From: a virus
Virus record (IMG/VR): IMGVR_UViG_3300046168_000050
Length of the DNA: 64,000 nucleotides
Strand: one strand, 5' to 3'
In this document: piece by piece, positions 1 to 9,485 of the stretch
Position numbering within the stretch: position 1 is the stretch's first letter
Layout: every line of letters starts with the position of its first letter
Notes under the pieces: model-generated
Database searches by the model: none
Told to the model about the DNA's origin: nothing
The model's input: the letters and a program-made list of their open reading frames with translations, nothing else
Position numbers and translations under genes: made by a program

Positions 1-780
1 ATCATTATTAAAAGTAAATCCCCAAGCAAAATTATGAGCTGTCAAATTTAAATTTACGGAATCGTAGCTTGCTGTACTGATGTCATACGCAGTACTTAAA
101 GAGTACTGCCAGATTCGACTTGAACTTGCTGAACCATTCCAAGCCACAGTATAGAGTTTAGTTCCGTCACCGTTAAATCTTGAGGCAGTAGGGTATGTGA
201 ATTGACTAAAAGAGTATGTTTTACTGTCATATGTATTAGTACTTACATCATATGCTGTGGAAAGACTATATTGATATATATCTCCACTACTATTATGTGC
301 AGTTACATATGCTTTAGTACCATTGTTATTAAATATTGTACTATAAGCTGTAAGGAATCCTGAGTATTGTGCATTTGAAACGCTATCATACGTAGCATTA
401 GCTACATCATAGTAAGTTGTATTTGCGGCACTGTTTGTAAAAGTACCATCTCCAGTTGCGCTTGGAGTTAAATTAGCAGAAGAATAGGAAATAGGCTTTT
501 CATCATAGAAGTCATAGTTAGTTCCGTTTGAATTAACGTCCCAGTTACCTTTACTACTTATCCCAATTTGAGGCACCTCTTTATATGCTTGAAGAATAGG
601 AACAGGAGTAGAAGCTTTTGATAGTGTTATATTAGTTGTTTGATTTGAATCCATAGAAGCTGTAAGAGATCCAATTGTTTCTCCACCAGCGCTTACTTCA
701 CTTGTAAATGCAATTGACCCATCATCTTCAATATTAATATTTCTAGCTAGTTTTGCAAGATTAAAATTCTTAGTTGCCAT
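1..780 (-). CDS. Beta-propeller fibre/adhesin protein, 3'-truncated by the window edge; paralog of 10613..14314 (absent from the supplied ORF track)
   Basis: Hand translation from ATG at 780, overlapping the end of the portal gene: MATKNFNLAKLARNINIEDDG...YKEVPQIGISSKGNWDVNSNGTNYDFYDEKP...LTPSATGDGTFTNS, then YSLSTAYDxST / FNxxGTKxY repeats. Open to base 1. The N-terminal block is near-identical to that of 10613..14314. Confidence 0.9.
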   Translation of the reverse strand, partial: MATKNFNLAKLARNINIEDDGSIAFTSEVSAGGETIGSLTASMDSNQTTNITLSKASTPVPILQAYKEVPQIGISSKGNWDVNSNGTNYDFYDEKPISYSSANLTPSATGDGTFTNSAANTTYYDVANATYDSVSNAQYSGFLTAYSTIFNNNGTKAYVTAHNSSGDIYQYSLSTAYDVSTNTYDSKTYSFSQFTYPTASRFNGDGTKLYTVAWNGSASSSRIWQYSLSTAYDISTASYDSVNLNLTAHNFAWGFTFNND

Positions 781-2293
781 CTGCATCCTCTTCATTATCA
801 TCTGGAATTTCACCTGATGACTTTTCTTGTGCTATCTGATCTTTCATCTCTTTCATCGCATCATCATCTAGTAAGAGAACGTTTTTCATTACATATTCTT
901 TAGAGAAGAATTCACCAACATACTGCTGCATTGTATCTAGAGTCTGTAATTTTTCTCTAAGTAACTCTGCATCTCTTAATTCAGAGAAATGATTATCTCT
1001 AATATAATCAACTACAATGTCGTTCTTCCAATTATCCCAATCTTCTTCGGTAATGACACCTTTAAGCATTAACTGCTTCTTAAGAACACCTAAGAATAAG
1101 CTTGAAAACTTATTACGCAATCTATCAATAAACTTCTGAAACTTAAGCTCATCTCTATTTATCTCAGAAGCTCTACCTAGTAATCCAGCTGCTTGATCTT
1201 GTTCTAGGCGAGAAACAGGAACATTAAGAGCTTTATACATCTTCTTCTGGAAGTATAAGATATCATCAATCTGGCCTAGATTCTCACCACCTGGTAAAGT
1301 AGTAATCTCTGTACCTCTACCACCTTCCCTGCGCGGCAACCAGAAGTCTTCGAGCATGGACATATGCTTTCGATCATCTCTGATCTTACCTGTATCAGCG
1401 TCGTACACAAGTTTATTACGATAGCGAGACATAATATCTTTCATATATGTTTCAGCTTTGCCTCTTGGCAAGTTGCCTACATCAATATAAAAGATTCTAC
1501 GTTCAGGTGCTCTAGCTAGTCTGTAAATAACTAACGAGTCTTCCATCATCCGCAATTGGTTAATCGGCTTTAAAGCTTTATGAAGATGCGATACAATTCT
1601 CTTACGATCGATATCGAGCAAGCCAGAAGTAACATAAGACACAGCATCATTTGATAGCTTTACGCCTTGATTCGTTCCACCAGCCTTTTCTTGGTAGATA
1701 TAAAATTCATTTACGCTCTCTACTAATGAAGCGCCAGTAACTTCGTCTTTTTTCTTTTTTACTTCTTTTACCTTACGAATCTTAGCAGCATCAATTGGTC
1801 TTATTTCTTGAATACCTGCTTTAGGTTGAGATTCATTAATAACAAGGTGGTGATATACTCTACCATCAATATACCATCTTCTAAATATATCATGACCTAA
1901 CTCTTTGAAGTTAAGCATAGAACAAACATCTTCAAACTCTGTAGTAATTACTTTCTTAAGTTGATCACTAAGACCCTCAACATGATCTAAGATGAGAGTA
2001 ACTGGTAGTTCATTCTCACCTGATACGATAGATTCGTTTACAATATCATCAATAGCAGCATCTACTTCAGGATGATAAGATACAGCCCGGTATTGTCTAA
2101 TATTCTGAATATTATCTTTTGCGTGTTCGCCGCCATCTACGTTGACATAAGTGCCATAATGCGAACCGGCTGCTGTAACATATCCAGCTCCGTCCTCATC
2201 TACAGGGGGAACAATAGAACGAAGTTTATCATCGGACTTATCTTTTGCCCGCTTAATTTCAAATCCAAAAAGTCTTATACTATCATCAGCCAT
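770..2293 (-). CDS. gp20: Portal vertex protein (T4 gp20 family)
   Basis: Motifs YRLARAPERRIFYIDVGNLP, MLEDFWLPRREGGRGTEITTLPGG, RDELKFQKFI; lies downstream of gp19. Confidence 0.98.
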   Translation of the reverse strand: MADDSIRLFGFEIKRAKDKSDDKLRSIVPPVDEDGAGYVTAAGSHYGTYVNVDGGEHAKDNIQNIRQYRAVSYHPEVDAAIDDIVNESIVSGENELPVTLILDHVEGLSDQLKKVITTEFEDVCSMLNFKELGHDIFRRWYIDGRVYHHLVINESQPKAGIQEIRPIDAAKIRKVKEVKKKKDEVTGASLVESVNEFYIYQEKAGGTNQGVKLSNDAVSYVTSGLLDIDRKRIVSHLHKALKPINQLRMMEDSLVIYRLARAPERRIFYIDVGNLPRGKAETYMKDIMSRYRNKLVYDADTGKIRDDRKHMSMLEDFWLPRREGGRGTEITTLPGGENLGQIDDILYFQKKMYKALNVPVSRLEQDQAAGLLGRASEINRDELKFQKFIDRLRNKFSSLFLGVLKKQLMLKGVITEEDWDNWKNDIVVDYIRDNHFSELRDAELLREKLQTLDTMQQYVGEFFSKEYVMKNVLLLDDDAMKEMKDQIAQEKSSGEIPDDNEEDADGN

Positions 2294-2313
2294 GTTCGTT
2301 CCTAAAATTAGTT

Positions 2314-2340
2314 ATAGAGGGGCCTTTAAAGCCCCTCTAT
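2314..2340 (-). terminator. Perfect 10-bp hairpin after gp19 (probable terminator or attenuator)
   Basis: ATAGAGGGGC-7 nt loop-GCCCCTCTAT, followed on the minus strand by AACTAATTTT (weak U tract). Confidence 0.65.
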
Positions 2341-2341
2341 C

Positions 2342-2349
2342 TATTTATA
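2342..2349 (-). promoter_or_regulatory. T4-type late promoter for gp20
   Basis: TATAAATA on the minus strand in the gp19-gp20 gap. Confidence 0.85.
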
Positions 2350-2354
2350 GTGCT

Positions 2355-2882
2355 TTAAGAAGTAGTCGCTGCTTCCCAATATTGCACTTGGAATTCAACT
2401 GTAAATCTTTCAATTTCATTCTCTGAAGCATAGCTCAGATCAATTGGAGATAACCCTGTAGGGAAACATCCTCTGAAATTATAAGTTTTAGCGGTTGTGC
2501 CGTCTTTGTTAAGCTGTTCAACAATCAGGTCTGCCTCATAGTCAACAGGATTAGTAAGACCTGTATTTGCACTATGGGCATTCATTCCGTTCATCCAACG
2601 TTCCATCGCATCCCGGACATTAAAATCTGTGTCGTTAATAATAGTTGGAGTCCACACATCAAATGTACGATCCCCAGCCATTTTTAATTGACGACCACGG
2701 AAAGGAACAATAATTGTACCTACTGTTGATGCAGGCAACTGAGCTGCCTCACATAAGAACGATGTAAGTTCTACATCGCCGCCAGCATAACCTGGAAAGT
2801 TAATAGTGGCTTTAAAGAGATTAGGTCTCGCTCCACCACCACGTAACTTGGCTTTAAAATCATCTACGCCTAGTACTGCCAT
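2355..2882 (-). CDS. gp19: Tail tube protein (gp19)
   Basis: GGGARPNLF, PFRGRQLKMAGDRTF, IERFTVEFQVQYWE; follows the sheath gene. Confidence 0.97.
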   Translation of the reverse strand: MAVLGVDDFKAKLRGGGARPNLFKATINFPGYAGGDVELTSFLCEAAQLPASTVGTIIVPFRGRQLKMAGDRTFDVWTPTIINDTDFNVRDAMERWMNGMNAHSANTGLTNPVDYEADLIVEQLNKDGTTAKTYNFRGCFPTGLSPIDLSYASENEIERFTVEFQVQYWEAATTS

Positions 2883-2893
2883 TTTTTATCTCC

Positions 2894-4492
2894 TTATACC
2901 TGCAATCCGGCTACTTCTTCGAAGTCGACACCGGTTCTAACAGCTACAAAGTTTAGTGTAATGTAGTTAATAGAGCGGGCAGGCTTAATGAAGATATTCG
3001 CAATGAATTCATTTCTATCTACCACAGTGGCAGTGTTGTTTGTTTCATCACACACAACTCTGAAATCTGTGATACCTCTTCTTCCTTTGACTTCTCTTAG
3101 GAATGGCTCTACAATGTTTACAAACTCGGCTCTTGTGAACTCATCATTGAATTCAAAGATCGTGTTTCTTGCCGCAAGTGCAATTGCGCGCTCAACAGTG
3201 TTAAACAATCTACGCACATTAATTCTGTCAAATGCAGAAGGCCGTGACATATTTGTTTTATCACCATATAGCAACACACCTTGACCCGGAAGGTTTGCAA
3301 TCGGATTAACATTTGCTTTGTATAGAGCATCTCTTTCAGCTTTCGAAGGGCTGTATGAAAGAGCAGTAATACCTAAATAAGCACCTCTACGTGACCCTGC
3401 TGGTGAGTACCATGGACCGGCATCTCTATCAGAAGCTGCCATAATACCTGCAGTAGAAGATGCTGCTGGAATTTGGATATATTTATCATTGTACTTGTCA
3501 TACACTTTAAGATAATTATTATCGATAAACAGGTATGAAGTATCAGAGAAAGTAGCAGCAGTAGTTAGTGCATTAGCATTAGGTGTAGATGAGTTAACAA
3601 TATCTGCTCTTGCTGGAGATGTTACGACAACGCAATCTTTACGTAGTGTACCAGCTGTAGATACTAAATCATTTACTACAGTAGTTTGATCTGATCTAGT
3701 GGCCATACCTGGCGCGATAAGAAAGTCTACTTCGATATTATCTTTATCTTCAAATAGATCAAATCCTAAAGCAACTTCTGCTGTACCTAATGCAGCGCTG
3801 TTAACACCGTTAGCTAAAGACAAATTGTCTGCTGAATCTGTTACGGTATTCATCCAGATATATTCTGAAGACCGGTTGATAACATTTTTTATATAGTTAG
3901 TTGAACCATCATCATTCACGGCATTTGCATTTTCAGATACAAATGGGAATGTCTCTAGTACAGTATTTACCGATCCGGAGATATCTCCATCCTCATCAAC
4001 AACTACTACATGCTGTTCATTAGCAGTCGGCGCAGCATCAAATTTAGCAGCATATGCCCAACCATCCCAGGTTAGCGGTCCAGCCACTGATACTTTTAAT
4101 GAATTACCAAGGGCCCCAGCATATTTTGCAAAGACTTTACCAGTCCATGTGCCAGCTTCCCATGTATCATGATTTTTAATCAGCGCGGCGGTGCCGCTTG
4201 CGTCGGTTGCATTCCTTGCAGCAGAGGTTACTGCCCTTACTACCTGCAAAGAGCTAGAATATTTTAGAAAATGTGCAGCAGAATGAAAATCTACTGAATG
4301 TGTATCGTCTGGGTTTCCAAACTGTTCAGCCAGCCCCGCTTCGTTAGATATAAGCGTGACGCTTTCAGCTGGTCCCCAGCGAAAGTTACCTACAACCGCG
4401 CCAGTAGTAGATTGAACATTAGGCACACCGCCTGTAAGATCAACCTCTTTGACTACGATTGCCGGCGACTCCGAGGGAGTAAATAATGCCAT
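2894..4492 (-). CDS. gp18: Tail sheath protein (gp18)
   Basis: SPAIVVKEVDLT, PWYSPAG, SAFDRINVRRLF, FIKPARSINYITLNFVA. Confidence 0.98.
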   Translation of the reverse strand: MALFTPSESPAIVVKEVDLTGGVPNVQSTTGAVVGNFRWGPAESVTLISNEAGLAEQFGNPDDTHSVDFHSAAHFLKYSSSLQVVRAVTSAARNATDASGTAALIKNHDTWEAGTWTGKVFAKYAGALGNSLKVSVAGPLTWDGWAYAAKFDAAPTANEQHVVVVDEDGDISGSVNTVLETFPFVSENANAVNDDGSTNYIKNVINRSSEYIWMNTVTDSADNLSLANGVNSAALGTAEVALGFDLFEDKDNIEVDFLIAPGMATRSDQTTVVNDLVSTAGTLRKDCVVVTSPARADIVNSSTPNANALTTAATFSDTSYLFIDNNYLKVYDKYNDKYIQIPAASSTAGIMAASDRDAGPWYSPAGSRRGAYLGITALSYSPSKAERDALYKANVNPIANLPGQGVLLYGDKTNMSRPSAFDRINVRRLFNTVERAIALAARNTIFEFNDEFTRAEFVNIVEPFLREVKGRRGITDFRVVCDETNNTATVVDRNEFIANIFIKPARSINYITLNFVAVRTGVDFEEVAGLQV

Positions 4493-4554
4493 TGTTCGTT
4501 CCTTTTCCAGTAATCGAATTATAAGTTTTACATAATACGGAATTCAATTACTGT

Positions 4555-4562
4555 TATTTATA
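4555..4562 (-). promoter_or_regulatory. T4-type late promoter for gp18, followed by a leader stem-loop (arms 4508-4520 and 4541-4553)
   Basis: TATAAATA on the minus strand; CAGTAATTGAATT pairs with AATTCGATTACTG (13 bp, one G-U). Confidence 0.85.
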
Positions 4563-4573
4563 ATTTATTTTAT

Positions 4574-6169
4574 TTAGTAAAAGTTATCGTTAAAATTGTG
4601 TTCAATTGCCCATGGCTCTCTAGGATCTACGGTTCTTTCTACTTCTTCTAGTCCGTCATCAACGAATCCAAACGGAACCATGTCATTATCAATTTCTTGC
4701 ATTCTATTTTTATACATCATTTCTTTTAGATTAATATCAGTAATTTCGCCAAACTGGCTTGAAAGAGAAAAATATCCAAACATTACAAGATTCATCATTA
4801 GATCGTCATGATTACCATCAGATGCTTCATATGATTGCCCTTTAGCAATAAATGTCGATATTTCTAAAATAGTATTTTCGTCTACTATATCCAGTTTTTG
4901 TGTTTCTAATATGTCCTTTATAGTAGAGCATCCTAGTCTTTTAACTTTTCTATTCATTTCAATACCCAGAGCATTTGCCTTAATAGCAGACTCTACGTGC
5001 ATATTTTCATATTCAAAATCATAATATAATCCATTACAGACTACTGCCCCTTGATCATTAGCCTCAATAACGACATAAGCATCATTGTAGACTTTAGCAT
5101 ATTTATAAATAATGTTTGGGAAGAGAATAGGTGAAATAGTATTATTGCGATAAACAGCAACCTGTTTAAAAGGTCTTGTGCTAATATCGATCACATTAAA
5201 TGTAGAATAATCCTGTCCTCTTCCCTTCGATACATCAACAGTCATAATATAATCATGATCTTTTTGTGTTTCTTCATATATGTAAACACTATTACCTTCT
5301 AGCATCGACTTGGGCGGATTAGCTCTTAGAGCCATTAATGTTTCTGCATTAATTAGAGTATCACCTGTACCAAAAAATGTATTACCGAACTCCTGATCAA
5401 ATTGCAGCTGCGAAGTGTTAGAAATGGTTTGCAGTTTCCACTCGTCATCTCGACCTGGTACATCCCACCAATCTACTCTGAATGGCGTATATTCATTTAC
5501 ACCTTGAATAGCTCCTGTCCATATCTTTTCAAATATATTGCCGATACCATTAGCAGTAGAAGTAATAATAACCTTTGTATCTTTACCAGAAGAAATAACA
5601 GGATATGTTGATGTATAAAACTCTGCTGCTCTTTCAACAAATGCAAACTCGTCAAGGTACAATAAGTTAACTGACATACCACGAATAGACGATCCGGACG
5701 TAGCTGCTGCAATAATTCTACTATTATTTGAAAACTCTATAGATCTTTTATTAAGAGCTCTACAACCAGGTTGTAAAAAGAAAGGAAGATTCTCTAGCAT
5801 AAGAGTAATACGTGCTAACATCTCACCGGCAGTCGCGCCTTTATTTGCAAGAATCGCAACAGTTTTTTCTGGATTAAATAGTACATACCATAAGAGATAT
5901 GCGACTGAAGATATAGATTTACCTGATTGTCTACAAGCCAATACTATATTAAATCTATTGTCATTAAATTTCTTAAACATCTTTTCTTGATATGGATAAA
6001 GTTCAAACGGAACTAATCCTTTATCAAGTGATATAATTTTACAGTAGGTTGAAGCAAAGTAACCAGGGTCTTTCATACACTTAGCATATTCAGCTACTTC
6101 AGCGGTGGTCCAATTATGGGTAATACCATCTCTTTTTACATTGATATTACCATTGTAAGAATCAGTCAT
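4574..6169 (-). CDS. gp17: Terminase large subunit (gp17); probable start at 6169 (MTDSYNGN) rather than 6193
   Basis: Walker A RQSGKS, Walker B LLYLDEFAF, ITSTANG coupling motif, RNase H-like DVSKGRGQDYS and HDDLMM; ATG 6169 overlaps the end of gp16. Confidence 0.98.
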   Translation of the reverse strand: MTDSYNGNINVKRDGITHNWTTAEVAEYAKCMKDPGYFASTYCKIISLDKGLVPFELYPYQEKMFKKFNDNRFNIVLACRQSGKSISSVAYLLWYVLFNPEKTVAILANKGATAGEMLARITLMLENLPFFLQPGCRALNKRSIEFSNNSRIIAAATSGSSIRGMSVNLLYLDEFAFVERAAEFYTSTYPVISSGKDTKVIITSTANGIGNIFEKIWTGAIQGVNEYTPFRVDWWDVPGRDDEWKLQTISNTSQLQFDQEFGNTFFGTGDTLINAETLMALRANPPKSMLEGNSVYIYEETQKDHDYIMTVDVSKGRGQDYSTFNVIDISTRPFKQVAVYRNNTISPILFPNIIYKYAKVYNDAYVVIEANDQGAVVCNGLYYDFEYENMHVESAIKANALGIEMNRKVKRLGCSTIKDILETQKLDIVDENTILEISTFIAKGQSYEASDGNHDDLMMNLVMFGYFSLSSQFGEITDINLKEMMYKNRMQEIDNDMVPFGFVDDGLEEVERTVDPREPWAIEHNFNDNFY

Positions 6170-6521
6170 CCTTCTTGTAATCACTAATGTCAACTATATT
6201 TTCCTCATCATCTTGTTGCCGCAACATTCGTTGCAGTTCACTTGTAGAACCAATAAACACATTATTGGTAGTTTGACCTGGTAATTCCTTTACCTCATCA
6301 GTTTTATCGAAGTCTTTTTTCTTCTTATGAAGATCCATAAGTGATCCATTAATATCACCAACATTTTTCATCATATTAGAAAGAACCTCAAAAGCTCTAG
6401 GATGTTCAGTAGCTCTAGCTACTTCCATCATATCATCTAAAGCTTCAGAGCCTTTGTTTAAAAGATCGTGGTATATTCTTCTTGAGTATTCAAAGTCATT
6501 TTCTGCATTATCTTGAGTCAT
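6162..6521 (-). CDS. gp16: Terminase small subunit (gp16)
   Basis: EHPRAFEV and NNVFIGSTSELQ motifs; directly upstream of gp17. Confidence 0.95.
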   Translation of the reverse strand: MTQDNAENDFEYSRRIYHDLLNKGSEALDDMMEVARATEHPRAFEVLSNMMKNVGDINGSLMDLHKKKKDFDKTDEVKELPGQTTNNVFIGSTSELQRMLRQQDDEENIVDISDYKKDD

Positions 6522-6525
6522 ATCA

Positions 6526-7536
6526 TTACACTATATTAATAATCCCGGCCATTGAATCATGGGATGTACATTGGTATCTTAATCTTAACGGAGCAGACAT
6601 TGAAGGCACTATCGTAACGTTTCCTGTTGCATTACTATCTCTATTATTTGTTACTCCTGTATCATAGGAATTACCATCGCTATCCTGTATCTCTAGCGGA
6701 TGAGCTCCTGTATTATTAATAAATATGTATGCATCACCTCTTCTTAAATATAAAGTGGGGTTATTTTCAGATGTTGGAAAAAATCTGTTTCTTGTATCAG
6801 TAAATATATACGCTGAAGTACCTGAAGCTCCTAGATTAAACGCATGCACATTAGCGAATCCATTCATATTCAAATCTCCCCCTAGAGCTGGAGAGGAATC
6901 TTCTACAATGTTAGCTAAACTTAAAGATAATACCACCGCTGAATCAACTTGATCTGCGCCGATCTGCCTTGCTTGTATATAAGCTGAATCGATTAATCCC
7001 GTGACCGAAGCCGAATCTAAAGACTGTCTAAGTTGAACATAGTTTGAATCAATTAAAGCAATCGTATCAGCCTGAAAATCACCTGCAAACGTATATTTCC
7101 TTTGTTTTAAAATTACATAATCTGAATCTACAGTGCCTTTTACTTCATCTTCATAATACGTTGTATAGTCCGGAGCTCTTAACGCAACATAAGCAGAATC
7201 AACCCGCGTAGATAAAAATGTATTTCCTACGTGCGAATCTATAATACCTACAGCGTCGGTAGAATCAAACTTGGTATAACCTTCTCCTGCGATTAAAGAG
7301 GAAACCGCCGCAGGGTTTGTTGCGTATGTATTGATATAACTGCTGTCAATTAAATTAATAATTTCTGATGAATCTAATAGTAATTGAAATGCTTCTGCGG
7401 AATCAAGAGCTACAGTTCTAGCAATAGTGGCTATACCGGCCGAATCAACAATTCTGCTGTCTAGCTCGCTGAAGTTAGTATCCATCTCTGTGTGAGTAAG
7501 AGCTGAACCCTTTGTGCTTCTTAATGTAATTGCCAT
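6526..7536 (-). CDS. Virion fibre-like protein: N-terminal anchor, DS-rich helical repeats, C-terminal cupredoxin-like domain
   Basis: N-terminus MAITLRSTKGSALTHTEMDTNF; 17 DS dipeptides in 336 aa; C-terminal AHPL...YQCTSHDSMAG. Confidence 0.7.
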   Translation of the reverse strand: MAITLRSTKGSALTHTEMDTNFSELDSRIVDSAGIATIARTVALDSAEAFQLLLDSSEIINLIDSSYINTYATNPAAVSSLIAGEGYTKFDSTDAVGIIDSHVGNTFLSTRVDSAYVALRAPDYTTYYEDEVKGTVDSDYVILKQRKYTFAGDFQADTIALIDSNYVQLRQSLDSASVTGLIDSAYIQARQIGADQVDSAVVLSLSLANIVEDSSPALGGDLNMNGFANVHAFNLGASGTSAYIFTDTRNRFFPTSENNPTLYLRRGDAYIFINNTGAHPLEIQDSDGNSYDTGVTNNRDSNATGNVTIVPSMSAPLRLRYQCTSHDSMAGIINIV

Positions 7537-7537
7537 G

Positions 7538-8372
7538 TTATCCCTCGATGCTAAAATAATCGGTTATTACATAACCGTTAAGTACATAAGATCTATTATC
7601 TTTTTCTTCTATGACTTCAGTGAATCCGAAGTCGCTATCTGCTAAACCTATAGCTGTTAATGGGTCCGGAGTAACCGTAACTCTTCCTGAGAAATCTTCT
7701 CCTGACACACCAGCATTCATATCATATATGTTATTTATAGACTTCCTAATAACGTTCTTAGGCAGTATGGGTCCCATAAAAATTTATCCTCATATCAAAT
7801 GTAAGAGTATATAAAATAGTTCTTCTTTGCTCTAAAGCCCCTTCATAGTCATCAGAAAAATCAACACCATTTAAAGCAATAGGAACGTCTTCTTTAATAT
7901 CAGGGTAATCAGTAAATGGCTTTAGTGTTAGTGTATATTGAGGATTAAAATATGGTAAAACTTGCTCAACTACTTGCAATGCATCATCTTGTGTTTTGGC
8001 GTATATATTTAATTGAAACCCTAAATTATATGGCACATATGAATAAAACTTATTTCTAAGAGCATTAGAAGTGCCTGCCTGCTGAAAATTATTAGTTTTC
8101 TGTAGCTGCCTACCTTGATCGTATGCAATAGAAACAATCTCAAAAGACATCCGAGGTAACTTCATTGCTACTTGAGTATTAGCATCTAAGTCTGGGTTTT
8201 CTCTAATTCGTTCTAAGAACTTGTTTTTAGGCGCATAAGATAACGGAACTTTAACCTGAGAAATAACTTGATTAGAAGAATTTTTACGAATGACATAAAT
8301 ATTATTAAACAGCGCACCGAATACTGCAACGCTTTTTCTTAACCGCTCATGATAGAAATGATTACCAAGCAT
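7538..8372 (-). CDS. gp15: Tail sheath stabiliser/terminator (gp15), interrupted by one extra base near 7773-7775 (joins ORFs 7758..8372 and 7538..7777)
   Basis: VPLSYAPKNKFL, LPRMSFE, EQVLPYFNP. The span of 835 nt is 3n+1, and removing one G from TATGGGACC restores the conserved FYGP and the C-terminal DFGF. Confidence 0.93.
7732..7739 (-). promoter_or_regulatory. Possible internal late promoter in gp15 serving 6526..7536 and gp16/17
   Basis: Exact TATAAATA on the minus strand ~200 nt upstream of 7536; could be a chance match in AT-rich DNA. Confidence 0.4.
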
Positions 8373-8374
8373 AA

Positions 8375-8614
8375 TTAACCCTTGTATATCTTCTGTAGAA
8401 CGTCTTCGAACTCTTCTACTTTGGTTAAACGATTAGGCCAGAGAATATAATCTTTCTCTGGATTCTTTTTTAAATTATTCAAAAGCGGAACAATAGCGTT
8501 ATATAGATTATTTAGTCGCTCTTCATAACCAGAAGCTTCTGAACTTACTTTTTGTACTGCTTCTATTCGATCTTCATCGACCGCAGTAAATCCGAAATCA
8601 AACATATCAGCCAC
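8375..8614 (-). CDS. Small hypothetical protein between gp14 and gp15 (probable start GTG 8614 or ATG 8605)
   Basis: FDFGFTAVDED...PLLNNLKKNPEKDYILWPNR; fills the gap exactly and overlaps the gp14 stop. Confidence 0.8.
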   Translation of the reverse strand: MADMFDFGFTAVDEDRIEAVQKVSSEASGYEERLNNLYNAIVPLLNNLKKNPEKDYILWPNRLTKVEEFEDVLQKIYKG

Positions 8615-9482
8615 TCGGATCACCAAATGGATTTGATTCTGTAAAGTCTAAAAAGCTATCTCCAATAGTATTAAAGTCGTCATTTTGTTCATTCGCAGAT
8701 ATTTGATTATCTTCAGTAACAGCTGTTACAGTTGCAACTGAGGTAAGACTTGATATCTGTAATGCAGTAGTAAACTCGTGATATAAACCATCACTGGCTC
8801 CTACATGGATTAGGCCAAGAACGTTATCTGAATCAGACCATTTAGAGATCTCCCCTTGCATGGTCACGCCGGTAGAAAAGGTCTGAGTAGCTGTCTCACC
8901 AATAATAAATCCATTGCTGGCAGAATCTAAAGTGAGCAGATACTCATATGCATGCGCTCTTTCAATAACATCAATTGCATCGATACCGGTATCAAGATCT
9001 TCATCGTTATACTCGAACAATTCTGTTCTTAACTTATATGTGGGTAGATTGCTTAACTGATAGAATGGTTGTTCGTGCTCAACTTGCATAATCTGAAATA
9101 GTTTATTAGACAGTGGAAGATAAATTAAATCACCCTCTAGAGGTCTTACGCTACTAAGCTCATTATCGTACCTTGCGACCGAATTAGCCCAGCGCTTTCG
9201 CGATACAACAAATGTTGCTTGGTCTCTTATCTCTACTCCAAACTTAGTAAATAAATCTCCCTCACCATCAAAACCTTCTACGTTCTCTATGTACATTTCA
9301 ATCTTATATGAAGAATTAAATCTAGAAGGTACGTCATCGCCTAAGATTTTATCTTCATTAACAATATCTCTTGGGAGATAATAAACATCTTGACCATAGA
9401 TTTTTAAAGATTCTATTATAATATCTTCATATAAATCTTGTTCAGATCTTACTTTTTGACTGAAATAGTGATTAGTTGCCAT
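8607..9482 (-). CDS. gp14: Neck/head-completion protein gp14
   Basis: YGQDVYYLPR, FTKFGVEIRDQATF, PFYQL, C-terminal FTESNPFG. Confidence 0.96.
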   Translation of the reverse strand: MATNHYFSQKVRSEQDLYEDIIIESLKIYGQDVYYLPRDIVNEDKILGDDVPSRFNSSYKIEMYIENVEGFDGEGDLFTKFGVEIRDQATFVVSRKRWANSVARYDNELSSVRPLEGDLIYLPLSNKLFQIMQVEHEQPFYQLSNLPTYKLRTELFEYNDEDLDTGIDAIDVIERAHAYEYLLTLDSASNGFIIGETATQTFSTGVTMQGEISKWSDSDNVLGLIHVGASDGLYHEFTTALQISSLTSVATVTAVTEDNQISANEQNDDFNTIGDSFLDFTESNPFGDPSG

Positions 9483-9485
9483 TAA

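Noticed and set aside
5100-5111. Overlapping TATAAATA matches on both strands inside gp17
   Set aside because: Explained by the IIYKY codons in AT-rich DNA; no adjacent gene start
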